Shown here in pieces: positions 35,895 to 47,996 of a DNA stretch of 64,000 bases. Under the pieces are notes generated by a model that did no database searches, was not told where the DNA came from, and saw only the letters and a program-made list of their open reading frames with translations. Where the stretch lies: contig CP145428.1 of assembly GCA_036867785.1 (NCBI GenBank), positions 248,001 to 312,000 of the forward strand. The letters run 5' to 3'. The DNA is from Plasmodiophora brassicae. Lineage: Eukaryota. The position numbers and the translations under genes were made by a program. Each line of letters begins with the position of its first letter. Positions within the stretch are counted from its first letter, which is position 1.

Positions 35895-36557
35895 GATTGG
35901 CTATGGGATGCAGCGTCAGGACGCGCGTAGAACGATCGCTATGAACGAGAAATTTACCGTCCCGGCCGGAAGTCGGAATCCACGACACATTGTGTCATGG
36001 CACGCCGGCGCTGGACGTATCGAACAATCATTGAGTCACGTGAGTTGCGTCACCGCAGCGTAATTCGCAGGTGACCGGCGACCACCAAGTCGCGGGCCCG
36101 ACGGGATCGAAGTCGTCAATGACGTTGCCGGGGCGGGCGGGTTCCAACCGCTACACGCCGACCTGTGCTACGACCCGACGTCGCGATGGACATTCCAGGA
36201 CGCCCGGTACGGACGCTCTATCATCGACATCTCCTTCGGTTCCGCTGCCGTCGACGAGTCGCTGGTGATCGTGGACCTGCAACACTCCGTGATGGGTCCG
36301 AGCGATGGTTGGGTCGCAAGACGTCATTGAGTGGAGTCCCAGAGCGCACACGGGCACGGGTGGGCCAGCACCTTGCACGGCGCAAACAGACTGCAACGGC
36401 CGGTGGGCGAAATGACACAGCCCTTCATCATCAGGTCGTGCCTGACATTGACCTGCAGGGCCAGGCGTTGATAGTGAGTGGGACTCGGCTGCGAGACGAC
36501 AGTCGAAGGTTTGCCTTCGAGGAAGACGAGCCTGTCTACGTGTTCCGCCTGTTGAAA

Positions 36558-37194
36558 CTAGACGCCATCAATTCCGACACGTACTCATCGGTAATGTTGG
36601 TAGGCGCCGGGTCGACGAGCGCAACGAACGGATTGACGACGCGGTCGGACCATCGCAGCAGCATCATCACATGGATACCGTGACGTCCTGGACGGCCTCT
36701 GGTCCTCTTTACGCGCTCCATCAACGCTTTCATCACGCGGGTATCATCGAAACGTGACTCGGGGATGATCGACATGACGTCGCTCCAAAGAGCACGATGA
36801 GCAGCGTTTGCTACACCCAACAAGTGCAAGCGATTCACGGGTAGTATCTCGACACCCACCCCCTCGTCAATAACCTCACCATACTCTTTGGAGCGACGTC
36901 ATGTCGATCATCCTCGATGCACGTTTCGATGATACCCGCTTGATGCAACGGTTACCTCACCGTGCTCTTTGGAGCGACGTCATGTCGATCATCCCCGAGT
37001 CACGTTTCGAGGATACCCGCGTGATGAAAGCGTTGGTGGAGCGCGTAAAGAGGACCAGAGACCGTCCAGGACGTCACGGTATCCATGTGATGATGCTGCT
37101 GCGATGGTCCGACCGCGTCGTCTGTTCGTTGCGCTCGTCGACCCGCCGCCTACCAACATTACCGATGAGTACGTGCCAGAGTTGATGGCGTCTA
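36558..37194. repeat. Long inverted repeat (arms about 36558-36801 and 36956-37194) with a partial third copy in the spacer
   Basis: The arms are reverse complements with scattered mismatches. Both strands yield the peptide RALWSDVMSIIPESRF.DTRVMKAL...WSDRVV. Confidence 0.9.
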
Positions 37195-38245
37195 CGACGG
37201 TCTTTAACAGTCGTAGCGCCCCAGCCGCGCTCCACGCCATGGCCGAGCGCCAGTCGGCGCTGACACCCGATGTCGACTACTCGTGAAAGACGGTGACCGT
37301 GCACGACAATCGGCAAGATCGCGACCGCCAGCAAACGGCGGTGTCATTATTCATTATCGCCTGTAGGAGACAAACCAACATCACACGATATGCCCTCATC
37401 AACAACTAAGACCGAACTACCTGCTAGGCCTGGGTAAAGCGGTACGAGCGCCGACGAGAAACATGTTACGTGGCAGTGGATGTCGGTGACATTATCGTCT
37501 GTACGACACACATGACACGTCATATTAACCCCCATCGATAATTAAACATGAACGACCTGCAACGTGTGGATGACAAAGATCGAGCGCCGTTGCATACCAA
37601 GTCAGAGAAGACTTGACGCATCAGCAAGATGCCGCCTAACAACAAAGGTCGGTTGGACATGCCTGTGTGGTTCATCGCGCGTGCTGACCTCGTCTGCGTG
37701 TACTGAACGGCTTTGGCTTGGGCGATATGCCGGCAGGGATGGTGTCGGTCGTCAATGGCAGGCGTTCGCATGTCGGCCGGCGGCAACGGGCACTGGGCTC
37801 CACCGCCCTGCTGGACGACGTGCAGGTCAGGCAGGCGCCGCTCACCAGACCCGTCGGCAGCCGTCCAGCAGTATGCGTTGCGGTCGTCATGGGTCGGTTG
37901 GTCCGTTCGGCTGGTCGGCCGTGGCGCGGGGCAGGCAGGCTCATTTGAGCGCCGACGACGACCTGCGACGTGCGAGGCCGAACACCTGCGGTTTCCAGCC
38001 GCCTGCCACACGGTGGGCGAACGCATATGCGGTGGCATCCTGCATTGTCACGAATCGCAATCCCGGGCAAGAACGCCAGTGCCGGGGTGCAACGCAACCT
38101 TTCCAGGTATGACAGGCCGGCACGATGCGTTAACTTTGTGCAACTGCTCCAGTTATCGACTGGCGCAGCATTCGGGCGCTGCATTTCAGCAGCACCGTTG
38201 ACGCTGCGGGACGTTTTCGATTACGTTGCGATCCATCTGAACGAC

Positions 38246-39025
38246 GGCACCCGTCCCTCATAGTAGACTATTATGGCCCTTGACTCCAGATGATCGCGCA
38301 GGCTGCCGGAATCAGGATCAATGAAGAACTTCGGGTCCACGTTCTTCTCCGTAAACGTCACGTCATCTGAATGACCGTCCTTGCTTACAATTGCCGTAAC
38401 GCACGAATTTGTGAACAGCTTCAAGAATATCGTTGCCTTCGAGCCAAACCGAATGACATCGTTGTACAGAAATCTGGAAGGATCACGTTGAGGCTCAAGT
38501 GACTGGACGTCTGTTTGCTCCACGACGTGCGAACTCTGCTTGACAGGTTCCGATTTTCCGCCTAAGACGACTGGGGCCATGCCGTCCTCGTCAGTCAACA
38601 GTGAATGCGCTTTGGCTACACAAACAAGCATAATCAATTTCGTGAGCGTTCCTTTGTATGACAATACGTACCGTTCTTGGCGAGTATTGGACCGGTACCA
38701 CACGGAAAACCTTCCGCGCGTTATGACCCGTCTGCAGGACTCATTGGGCGAATCTGCAGTGCTCATTGGGGCGCAACGTAGAAGTTAGGGTCCTCATGTC
38801 CTGGTGAAGTTTTACGTTTCGCCCAATGATCAGTCTTGTTCACAAATTCGTGCGTTACGGCAATTGTAGGCAACGACGGTCACTCAGTTGACGTTGACGT
38901 GACCTTTACGGAGAAGAACGTGGACCCGAAGTTCTTCATTGATCCTGATTCCGGCAGCCTGTGCAATGTGCGATCATTTGGAGTCAAGGGCCATAATAGT
39001 CTACCTACTATGAGGGACGGGTGCC
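38246..39025. repeat. Second inverted repeat (arms about 38246-38417 and 38837-39025)
   Basis: Reverse-complementary arms, both encoding FTNSCVTAIV...VTFTEKNVDPKFFIDPDSGSL. Confidence 0.9.
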
Positions 39026-39708
39026 GGACACCTATATACAGCTGTCAATTCCTATGCCACATCGAATGGGCCCAACTATCCATAGGTCAAAGATGAAGAG
39101 CGATAAGGGTGGCTGTCCCGATCCACAACTTGGACTGCTTTGCCTCGGAGACCAGTGAGCCGGGCGTGCATAGAACGGCTGTGGATCCGCGACATATTAA
39201 CCAGCTTTGCATTGGCCGATAGCTCATCGTCCTTGGCAGGAACAATGACAAATGGATGTTCAGAAACGTACCTTCGACGCACGTCGAATCGATGCCATGT
39301 TTTCGTTCGAAGTCGATAATGAGATTGTGGAGAGTGTGACGTCCCAACGGTGATGGTATATCAGCCGTGTAGTATAATCGTCTGTGTCCCCGACCTGCAG
39401 CTCCCACGGACGCCGTGCGGACTCCGTGCGCACTCCGTGCATGTCCGTCATTCTTAGGGCGGCCTAGCCGGATCACAGCTATTCTTGTCTTATAGCTTGG
39501 AGCCGGCACATTCCCCTCCTTCAAAGAAATGCTCCTCCTTGCAGGTGTCTTCAGTGGTGGTGTATCCTAATCATGTCTTCTCCTTAATATAGTCTAATTA
39601 ACATAATTAAGTCTCAATCTTCGTAGAACACAGTTTTGGCTTCTGTCGTCACATGGCCGTCGGCATTAAAATAACCCAGCGCGCATCCGGGAAAAAAGCA
39701 TGACTAGC

Positions 39709-39927
39709 CTACTGGACTCCTTCCGCCTTAAGTAACTCCTTAACCTCATCAGCAAGGTGATGTTTCTCCTTCCTCATCCTGGCGGCATGTGCCTTCACCA
39801 GCTTCGGTACATCCATCGCCAACCTGCAGATTGGCTCCCATGAATCCTCCGCTTCAGAGAAACCCTTCCATCCGATCAACAATTCCTTGACAACGACACA
39901 TAGCGCATCCCGATGCCAGAGATTCAT
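39709..39927 (-). mobile_element. Chromodomain fragment, probably the C-terminus of a chromoviral Ty3/gypsy integrase
   Basis: ELLIGWKGFSEAEDSWEP..L..DVP.LV is the chromodomain consensus; it lies among TE relics. Confidence 0.7.
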
Positions 39928-39935
39928 CGGAATTG

Positions 39936-40624
39936 TTAGGAGTGGAACCGGTGCTGCGGAATCCCGAACGCGCGCTCGATACCCTTACGTTTCGCCTCCT
40001 GCTTCGTGGCAAACAACTTTTGCGCGCGCAATGAAGGATTGCTGATCGTCGACACGAAGCAGTGATAGTCGGGATATATACCATCCACCAGATAGTACGG
40101 TATAGAATACTCGTTCTGACCAACCGAGTATAGCACGGTCGGCATTTCCCCCGTGATTTGGGAGTTCAGAACCGGAGAGCGATTCAGGACGTTGAGATCG
40201 TTGAGCGACCCCGGGCAGCCACAGAAGAAATGCCAGATCGTGCAGTCGTGATCGGCGATGGCCTCAATGACAACCGTCGGCTCGTGTTCCTTTCCCGTAC
40301 TGAACATGCCTGCTCGTGCAGATGGGAACCGCAACGGCTTCTTGGCGGTTCCGTCTGGAAAACTGCCGATCCAGGTCGAGATCCGCCCCATCCGCGCTCG
40401 ACGCCCATCTTTGGCCGGTGGTTGGGCGTTTGCTCGCTGAGCAACAAGCCGGCCGTGACGACTTCACCGATATCATCACTGCTAGATGAGGACGAGTCCT
40501 CCGAGTCCTCCGAGTCCTCGTGCGGCTTTTCCCCGCGGTGGTGCCGGACCCCCCAAATCATTACTACTATTTCCCGATCCGTCATGTGGCGATAACCGAA
40601 AATTCTGTGCGGTGGAGATGCTCT
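39936..40624 (-). mobile_element. PIF/Harbinger transposase fragment with a Harbinger-type terminal repeat
   Basis: GKEHEPTVVIEAIADHDCTIWHFFCGCPGSLNDLNVLNRSP...YYLVDGIYP...QEAKRKGIERAFG. AGAGCATCTCCACC lies on the minus strand at 40611-40624. Confidence 0.8.
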
Positions 40625-40739
40625 CCTACAGTTATAAATAGCGTGCCATGAGGCATTTCCGTGGCGGACTCCGTGGCGTCCTGTGACGGGCAGCATGACC
40701 TATAGTATAAGCGGTCTCGGGAAGCCGAGTCCGTCTACT

Positions 40740-40912
40740 GGTCAGGGACCGGTCGCCAACCCCCGGTCGCCAACCCCCTTGTTCTAGCTACACCGACTTG
40801 GGTTGCCGAGTCGGTATACTGCAGAACACCGACTTGGGAGGCCAAGTCGGTATTTTATGGGCGGAGCCGAGCCTTGTACCGGCGCGGAGTCCCGAGTCGG
40901 TATACTGCGCGG
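40740..40912. repeat. Cluster of short direct and inverted repeats (CCGACTTGGG/CCGAGTCGG, CCGGTCGCCAACCCC x2), probably a transposon subterminal region
   Basis: Repeated motifs visible at 40750-40778 and 40791-40910. Confidence 0.55.
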
Positions 40913-42082
40913 CCGCCCGCGCCACTGTGACGCGTTGTCGCCCGCTGAGTCGCTACGCTACGGGCGGCGGAGCCGACCGATGTGACGGCTGGCTGCTGGT
41001 CTGACGTCGAGCCTGAGTGTGTTCATTGCCAACGTCGACAGTATGGACAACAGTATGGGCAGGTGGTCGGACGAGGACGAGTTCGTCAACTCGCCGGGCC
41101 CAGCTGATGATTATGTCGGCTCGCCGGGCCCAGCTGCGCGAGGACTTCGCCACTTTGCGTTCAATCATCTTGGCGCAGGGGGACGAACGCCTTGCCCAGC
41201 AGGAGGGCGTCTCCACGCGCTCGATCAAGGAACGGCGGCTGCGAGCTGAGCACGCCCTACGCGCCGCATTCCACCGATATCAAACACTGTGCGGCGTGAA
41301 CGAGGCCGTATTGATTCTGTCGAAATGGGACGCGAAGAACAACTTTCGCACCGAGGTTTACGATTCAGGGTCGGTGGACGGTCTGAGCATTCCTGGGTTC
41401 ATCGCCAGCACACACTGGCGGACGGATGATTCCCTTGAGGATAACCTGGCCCGCTTCACCAGGTACCGCACCACGCGGTGGTACTCGTGGGCTCAGGCGA
41501 ACGCGCACCGTACGGAATTATCGGACGATTATCAGCTGCCGGGCTCCAATCCGCACGACAACGGCAGAAGTCGTGCATAGATCCTGTCATCGTCGCGCAT
41601 CACTGGAAGAAGCAGCTAACCTCATCGCTTTGACCAGTGAATACAATACGCGTTCCGATAAGATCCGGTTCGATCTCTCGAGCCATTCACCGACGTCCAT
41701 CGGGGCTAATCTATGCACGCGCTTGCCGTCTGTTCGTGGGACGTCGGTGAATGACGAGAGCCCTGACAACAACGGGTCTTATAAGGACGTGTACTGTATT
41801 GATTTGGTCAAGCGATGCGGTTGGCGCCCTTCTCGAGCCAACCGGCTATCGAACAGGCGGTCGTCAATCGTGCCCCGGCTCTGGACGACGCCCAGTCGAT
41901 GAGCCCCGCTTCCGCGGCGACTGACATTCTCTGGACTGTGTCCAGCCAGGTAAAGATCCCAACATTCGGTCACAGGAACGGTGTACTGGGTGACTCTGCA
42001 GGAATTGCTACCAGTGTGATTCAATTCGGGGCATTCTGCTCCAGACTGGCCGCGCTGCGATTTCCACATAACACTGTATCGT

Positions 42083-44100
42083 TTGCACAGTCGGCGTCAA
42101 CGGTGTGCGTCTGTCATCGGTCGAATGAGTCGACCACGCAGACTGGGATCGAGTAGCGACTCACCAGAGCATGCGGGCGGCGATGCCTCTCGGAACGTGA
42201 ATATCTTCCTTGAGCATGTGCGCGAATACAAGCGTCGTCGCGCAGCTGCCGATTCCCAACGCCAGCGGGACAACGTCGCCGCCGGCAAGCGTTTTCTTGA
42301 GATTGCTCGTCGAGCTCTTCAGAGCGAACGGCCGCGCCGCAATCCTTCAGACGACGTCATGCACAATCCGTTTCTCCGGCTCTTCGATGAGTACCGTCGG
42401 CGGCGTCAATGTCGACCGACGATGATCGTCACGAGGCATAAAGACACTGTTTCTGTGGAGCCGTTTGATATCCGCCCGGCGCTATTGGAGGACGATGCTC
42501 GTTCCAACGTTCAGAAATTCAACGAGTGGCCCGAAACGAACTGCAAAGAGTACCAGAATGAGCTCAGGCTGTCCGATTTCCTGGTGGCCGAAATCAGCAA
42601 GAAGCTGAAGGAACTCGAGGCACCGAACGTCGATCCGACAATTCCCGACAATTTCGGTGAGGTGATGCGGTCAAAGGGATCGTACAACGCGAACCGTGCT
42701 AAGCAGTCGCGTACTCGTCGAAATGCACTGGTAATAACACACCGGTTTGTTCACGAATGGCAGTTCTCATGGTCATTTGGTAGATTCGTGATATTTGTGA
42801 GGCCCTTCGGATACCAAGTGACGACGTTACTGATGCTCTGGATGTGGACCTGAATGCTACAGCCGAATCTATCAGTGTGTTACGCAGACACCTTCTGGAT
42901 ATGGGGGTGACGTCGCCCTTTATCAGGTACATGGCCTGCCGCGGTGGTCATGTGTGGCCCGATGGCGCAGATGTGCCATCGTCAGAGGCCTGCTGTCGAC
43001 GTCAGTCAGAGCCGTGCATCTACTTTTCGCGAATCCTGTTTCTGCAGTCTCTGTTCCGGTCGGGCACATTCTGCAAGATGCTCCACGACGAACTCGACCG
43101 CCATCGAGAAATCGCATCGGCTCCTTTGAGAAGTACGTGTGTGCAAGACTGGACGGATGGAGACTTCTTTTATACGGTGTATTCGCCGTTCATGAAGTCT
43201 TGCCTCGAAAACAACGAGTTCCCTCTCTTGGTGTCATCCATGGACGTCGACGGGGCAGATCTTCTCAGCTGGGGATCCAAGTCAGTTGTTCCTCTTGTCC
43301 AAATTGTGATGGGTTTACCGGCATCGGTTCGCTGCAATAAGGGCCTTATGTCTCCTGTGGCATTGATCCCAAACGTTGATAAGGGTCATCGATGTGCAGT
43401 GCAGAGTCTGGGCGCTTTAGAGCTGAATTTGATGAAGTACTATGGATTCCCAGTGTTCGACGCTGTCGAGAAACGTGTCAAGCATGTTCGATGCATCTCG
43501 GCAGTGATGGTATGTTGTCCGCGTATAACAGTTTGTATGCTGCAATACGCGTATTAACCGTCTCCATCAGGCAAAAGATTATATCGAGCTCTGTCACACG
43601 AGCTGTACTAGCCAGGACGGCAAGCGTGATGGAGACCCGTCCGTATCGACGACAACAACGTTATCCGCCATCTGACGATCGAGCCATGAAGGACAAACGG
43701 GACGCCATTAGTTGCACAAGCGATGTGGGAGGGCCATACCAACATTCAGCGTCAACGCCACCGCAGGCGAATCGACGTTAACGGTCAGGGTACACCCGGT
43801 GTATCAATGCATAAACGGTCTGTATTACAGGAAACGGCTGGCGTACGCCTAACGAGAATTGACTGGCATACCCTTACTTACGCAAATTAACCTGACGACG
43901 AGTTCAAGTGTCGCGAGGACCGCCTGGGGCCAGTGCCAGCAGCAACGCAGGGACAGGGTTGGCGACGACATCCACCGCAACCGCTAGATCCTCGTCCCAA
44001 AGTTGGAACTGTCACTCCAGCGGTCAACCTGTTAATGGAGAAGTACCATGTCAGGGGAATAGCAGGAGGCTCAGCCTCGGGTCTCTGGGGCATCATCATA
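42083..44100 (+). mobile_element. Degenerate CMC/EnSpm (Tnp2/Plavaka-like) transposase region
   Basis: ORF 42844-43557 reads VQDWTDGDFF...MDVDGADLLSWGSKSVVPLVQIVMGLPASVRCNKGLMSPVALIP, matching the D-G...S..P...LP...R pattern of Tnp2/Plavaka transposases. Neighbouring ORFs are broken. Confidence 0.55.
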
Positions 44101-44356
44101 CCCTCAACGTACCGAGCTAATGCTGCTGCTTCAAACTGTTCGTCGCCAGCACTTCACGACCTACGATATCCTGTGCACGCTGCCAAGGTGCAAGACGACG
44201 CTTTTCTCGCGAGCGCCTGGCAACGCAAATGGCGTTTCCAATACTTTATCGGGTTGCCAGGCGCACTCGCTATGGCTATGTCTAGCCGGGTGGAGATGCT
44301 CTTACTAACCGCATGCACGTGAGTCGAACGATTCGCAGCGCTACATTGATGACATT

Positions 44357-44848
44357 CTACTTGATTTCGTCCGGAACGACGGCACCGTCCAGCCCCTGGA
44401 TGACGCTCTGTCCACAGGCGATGTCGGGTACGACGATATTCGCCTCATTGTTCACCCGAACGTGCGGCGCCGTTTTCTGGAACGTTAACTCATCGTCGTT
44501 TCGGGCTCGAATGCGCCCGAGCTTTGCGAGGTCGTCGGCTGTGTACCGGCCTTGAACAACGTGCCGCTGAACGATGCGGTCAACGTTCGTACTGGCCAGT
44601 CTGCGCATCAGGTCCCGGTTTTGAACAACGAGTTGACGGAATGCGCCATCGGTCGGCGCCAGGACGGTGACGTTCGTCAGGGGACCGAGCCGGCCCGACA
44701 AGTGCCGGGAAGGCCACTCCCTGGCTAGAAGGGTGAACCCACCGTGCTGCTGAAGGCACTGCTGGATGGGGTCCTCACCGTGAACAATATGGGCGGCGAA
44801 CACTAGTACTGCCAAGGCCACGACAGGTGACAGCTTGGCGCCAGCCAT
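44357..44848 (-). CDS. Secreted single fasciclin (FAS1) domain protein, intronless
   Basis: Signal peptide, H1 motif TVLAPTDGAF, RHVVQG, and H2 motif NIVVPDIACGQSVIQGLDGAVVP. Confidence 0.88.
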   Translation of the reverse strand: MAGAKLSPVVALAVLVFAAHIVHGEDPIQQCLQQHGGFTLLAREWPSRHLSGRLGPLTNVTVLAPTDGAFRQLVVQNRDLMRRLASTNVDRIVQRHVVQGRYTADDLAKLGRIRARNDDELTFQKTAPHVRVNNEANIVVPDIACGQSVIQGLDGAVVPDEIK

Positions 44849-45063
44849 ACTTTCCGTTTGTACGCTCTGTCCGAGCTCGTCCGGTTCCGATGCTCCGGTG
44901 GCCTGGTAGATTGGTCAATATCTCACAACATCAGAATTGCACCACAGCATGACCGCCTGCGCCCAGCGATCGATCTCGGTGGGGAGACGCCCCGGGCGTA
45001 CCTAGACGATCGAGTTCCTTGATACTCTTGATTCGTTAATACTGGCTGGCTGTGCCAGCTGGC

Positions 45064-46248
45064 ATGGGGTTGTCGCCATGGTCGTTAGCGTTGGGGGCAC
45101 TCGTCGTCGTCGCCCCGCAGGTTCAGGCGCGGGAGGGACCGGAGACGCTGATCCGGGTGCCGGATGCGGGCTTGCTCGCGTTCAGTCTCACCGTGGAGAT
45201 CCTGTCTATACTCGGTGGACTGGCGTCCCTGTGCATGCTGATCTACACGAAGCATTGGAAGACGGTCCTGCAACTGCTCGTCCTGATAATGACCGTGTTC
45301 CGCCTCGTGTTCAGCTGCAGCCTGCTGCTGATGATTGTCGTCGTGAACGCGATCACCAGCGACCACGAGCTCTTCGTGGCGTGCGCAGCCCTCAAGTTCA
45401 TCCAGTTCGCGACGATTATTGCCGGATCCGGCGTCAACGCGGCCATCATGTTCTCGTACTATACGATTGTGAAGCAGATGAGTACGCAGGAAGGCGCATC
45501 ATGTCTATGGGCTGGGCCCTGGTGACGATATTTCGATGCCGGCAGATTCAAACACAGCGCCCGCACATGCACACGTCTGGGCAGCGCTCACGCTGACAGG
45601 CGTCGCCGCTCTCGCCCTGCCGGTCGTGTCCGTTGTCGTCCTGGGCGACTACTACGTTGTCACCAGTGAGGAGTGCCTCGTGTTCGGCGACACGCAGGTT
45701 CGCAATCAGGCGTCGCTCGGCCTCATCGTTGTTGCTGCCTTGGCCGAATTCCTGGCAGCGCTCGGCTTCTTCGTCAAGGGGCTCCTGGAGAGCACCACGA
45801 TGCTGACGGCAGCGTCAAAGGCAATGACAGGGGTATCTGGCCGGACTCCAGCTCCAGCGGAGCGTGCGTCGCTGACGCGTAGTACCCTTTCCAGGTCCTC
45901 GTGCGCACGCAACGCATGTTCCTGTGCTTCAGCGTGTCGCACATCGTGGCCGGAATTCCAATGCTCGTCAGCCTGTTCTGGATCAACTTCATCGCGTCGA
46001 ACGTCACCGCCACCCTGGCGACGATCACGTCCGTCCTGATGCACATCGCCAGCTTCCAGGCAGGCATCGAGGCCGCCATCAACTGGTACTTCCTGCTCGC
46101 ACGCGGCAGCCAGTACGCCACGTTCGCCAGCAAGGGCGCCAACGCCGACCAAGACGACGACATCACCGGGGGCGGCACCGAACGCCCGACCATCCCGCAG
46201 GCCGTCGTCGACCCCCCTCGTTCCGCCGTACAGGGCCACCGTCTCTAA
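45064..46248 (+). CDS. Seven-transmembrane GPCR-like receptor with signal peptide (2 introns)
   Basis: Signal peptide followed by about 7 hydrophobic helices across three ORFs, with a Cys at the start of TM3 (CAALKFIQF) and an ECL2 Cys (EECL). Confidence 0.65.
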
Positions 46249-46741
46249 TCATTATTAAACCCCCGCCGGCGCCGCCGCCCATGCGCGCCGTGTATTGCTG
46301 ATGCGCTACCCAGGTTGCGCAGTAACGCGCGGGGAGCGGATCAGGCGCAAGTCGCAACGGCAGTTGCCAGGTCAAAACACGACATTGACGCATTCGTCGC
46401 CGCAGTCGCGCCGCAACAGGGGGCAGCGGCGGCGCGCGGCGCGCACCGTACCGCCGTCAGCGCGCGCACCATTTGAACCGCGGCTCCGGGGTCCGGGTCT
46501 GGGGCGTCGTCGACAATAAAATCATCACGATACAATTCGAGCGGCGCGAAGGCGGGCGTGGCGACCCCGGTGCACAGCCGCAGCAGCATAGCCAGGTCGG
46601 TCGGTCGTCGCCGGATCGGTGCGCCAGGGCGGTGGACGGCGTCGTGGGGCGAGGGCGGCCGGGGAACAGCCCCCGCGAGCGCGCGCCTGGCGCTGTCCGG
46701 TCGTCACAGGGCAGCAGCCAGGGCGGCGACGACGACGTTCG

Positions 46742-47955
46742 ATGGCGACCGCCGCCGTTGCCATGCCGCGGACGCGGGCCCGCGTCGCCCTGTCCAACAT
46801 CACGAACGCCAACGGCGACCCTGTATGGATGCGCGTCGTCGTCGTTGCTGCGATCGTACCGGCGCCGGGCTAACGGGGGGCGCGCGCGCGCGATACAGAC
46901 TGATTTGCGCAAGAAGCGGTCGGTGGCCATCGAGGGGAACGATCACCAGCAGCAGCAGGCCAGGTCGCATCATGAGATCGGGTACATGCACTACCACGAC
47001 GACATATACGAGAACATGCGGTACCGTCGGCGCGTCGTCGTCGCCCCGCGATGCAAGTTGGCTAACGCGGGCGCGGTCGCCCAGGCGCAACGAGCTGAAG
47101 CACTACGCGTGCGTCGACTACCTGGCGACCTGCCAGCGCAACCTGACGCATCGGATGCGGACGATACTCGTGAATTGGTACGCAGGGCGACGTCCGCCCG
47201 CCCGCCGCCCCCGCTGAACGATGTGCCAGGCTCGTGGAAGTCGCCGACGAGTACCGCCTGTCGGGCCAGACGCTGCACCTCACCGTCTACCTGATCGACT
47301 CGTTCCTGTCCCGGTTGCACGACGTCGAGCGAAGGTACGCGTTCGCCGCGTGCCGGTTGCTGCTGGGCGCTGATCCCGTTGCGCTGGTAGGCGCCTGCAG
47401 CTGATCGGCGTCGCCTGCATGTTCATCGCGTACGCCTGAACGGGCGTCAGCGTCGGGCGCAGGTCTGACCATGTCGCGCACAGGTCCAAGTACGAGGAGA
47501 TCCACCCGCCGACGGCGAACGACTTCTCGTACATCACCGACCACACGTACACGACGGAGCAGGTCCTGGCGATGGAGCAGACCGTGCTGGTCGCCGTCGA
47601 GTTCCGGGTCACGGCGGTGACGTCCGTCGAGTTCCGCCGGCGGTTCGGCGGCGACGACGCCCCGCTCGTCCAGTTGCTGCTGGACCTGGCGCTGCAGGAC
47701 CCGATCTGCCTGGCCCATCGCCCGTCGCAGCTGGCCGCGGCCGCCTGCGCCTACGCCCAGGTCGCCGCGGGGCAGGACGCGTGGCCGGCGGCGCTGTCGC
47801 GACGGTCGGGCATCACGTACGCGCAGCTGCGCCCGTGCATCGTCGCCCTGCGCGACCTGCACCGACGGGCGGTCGCCAACGGATCCGCCATCCTCAACGC
47901 CAAGCGCTATCGCGACACGGTCCGGATCGCGCCGCTCAGCCACGTCCCGAAGTGA
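46742..47955 (+). CDS. A-type (A/B) mitotic cyclin with N-terminal destruction box (multi-exon)
   Basis: D-box RVALSNITN; cyclin box MRTILVNW|LVEVADEYRL..TLHLTVYLIDSFLS...LQLIGVACMFIA|SKYEEIHPP...DFSYITDHTY. Confidence 0.9.
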
Positions 47956-47996
47956 GCCTCGTCGTCATCGTGTACCATATAGATATTGTTCCCGGT

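Noticed and set aside
37672-38184. Possible DDE transposase remnant (AIRDNAGCH)
   Set aside because: Only a single short motif; not enough to call.
41017-41580. 187-aa ORF in the TE block
   Set aside because: No recognisable motif; it may be an accessory ORF of the CACTA-like element, but this is unsupported.
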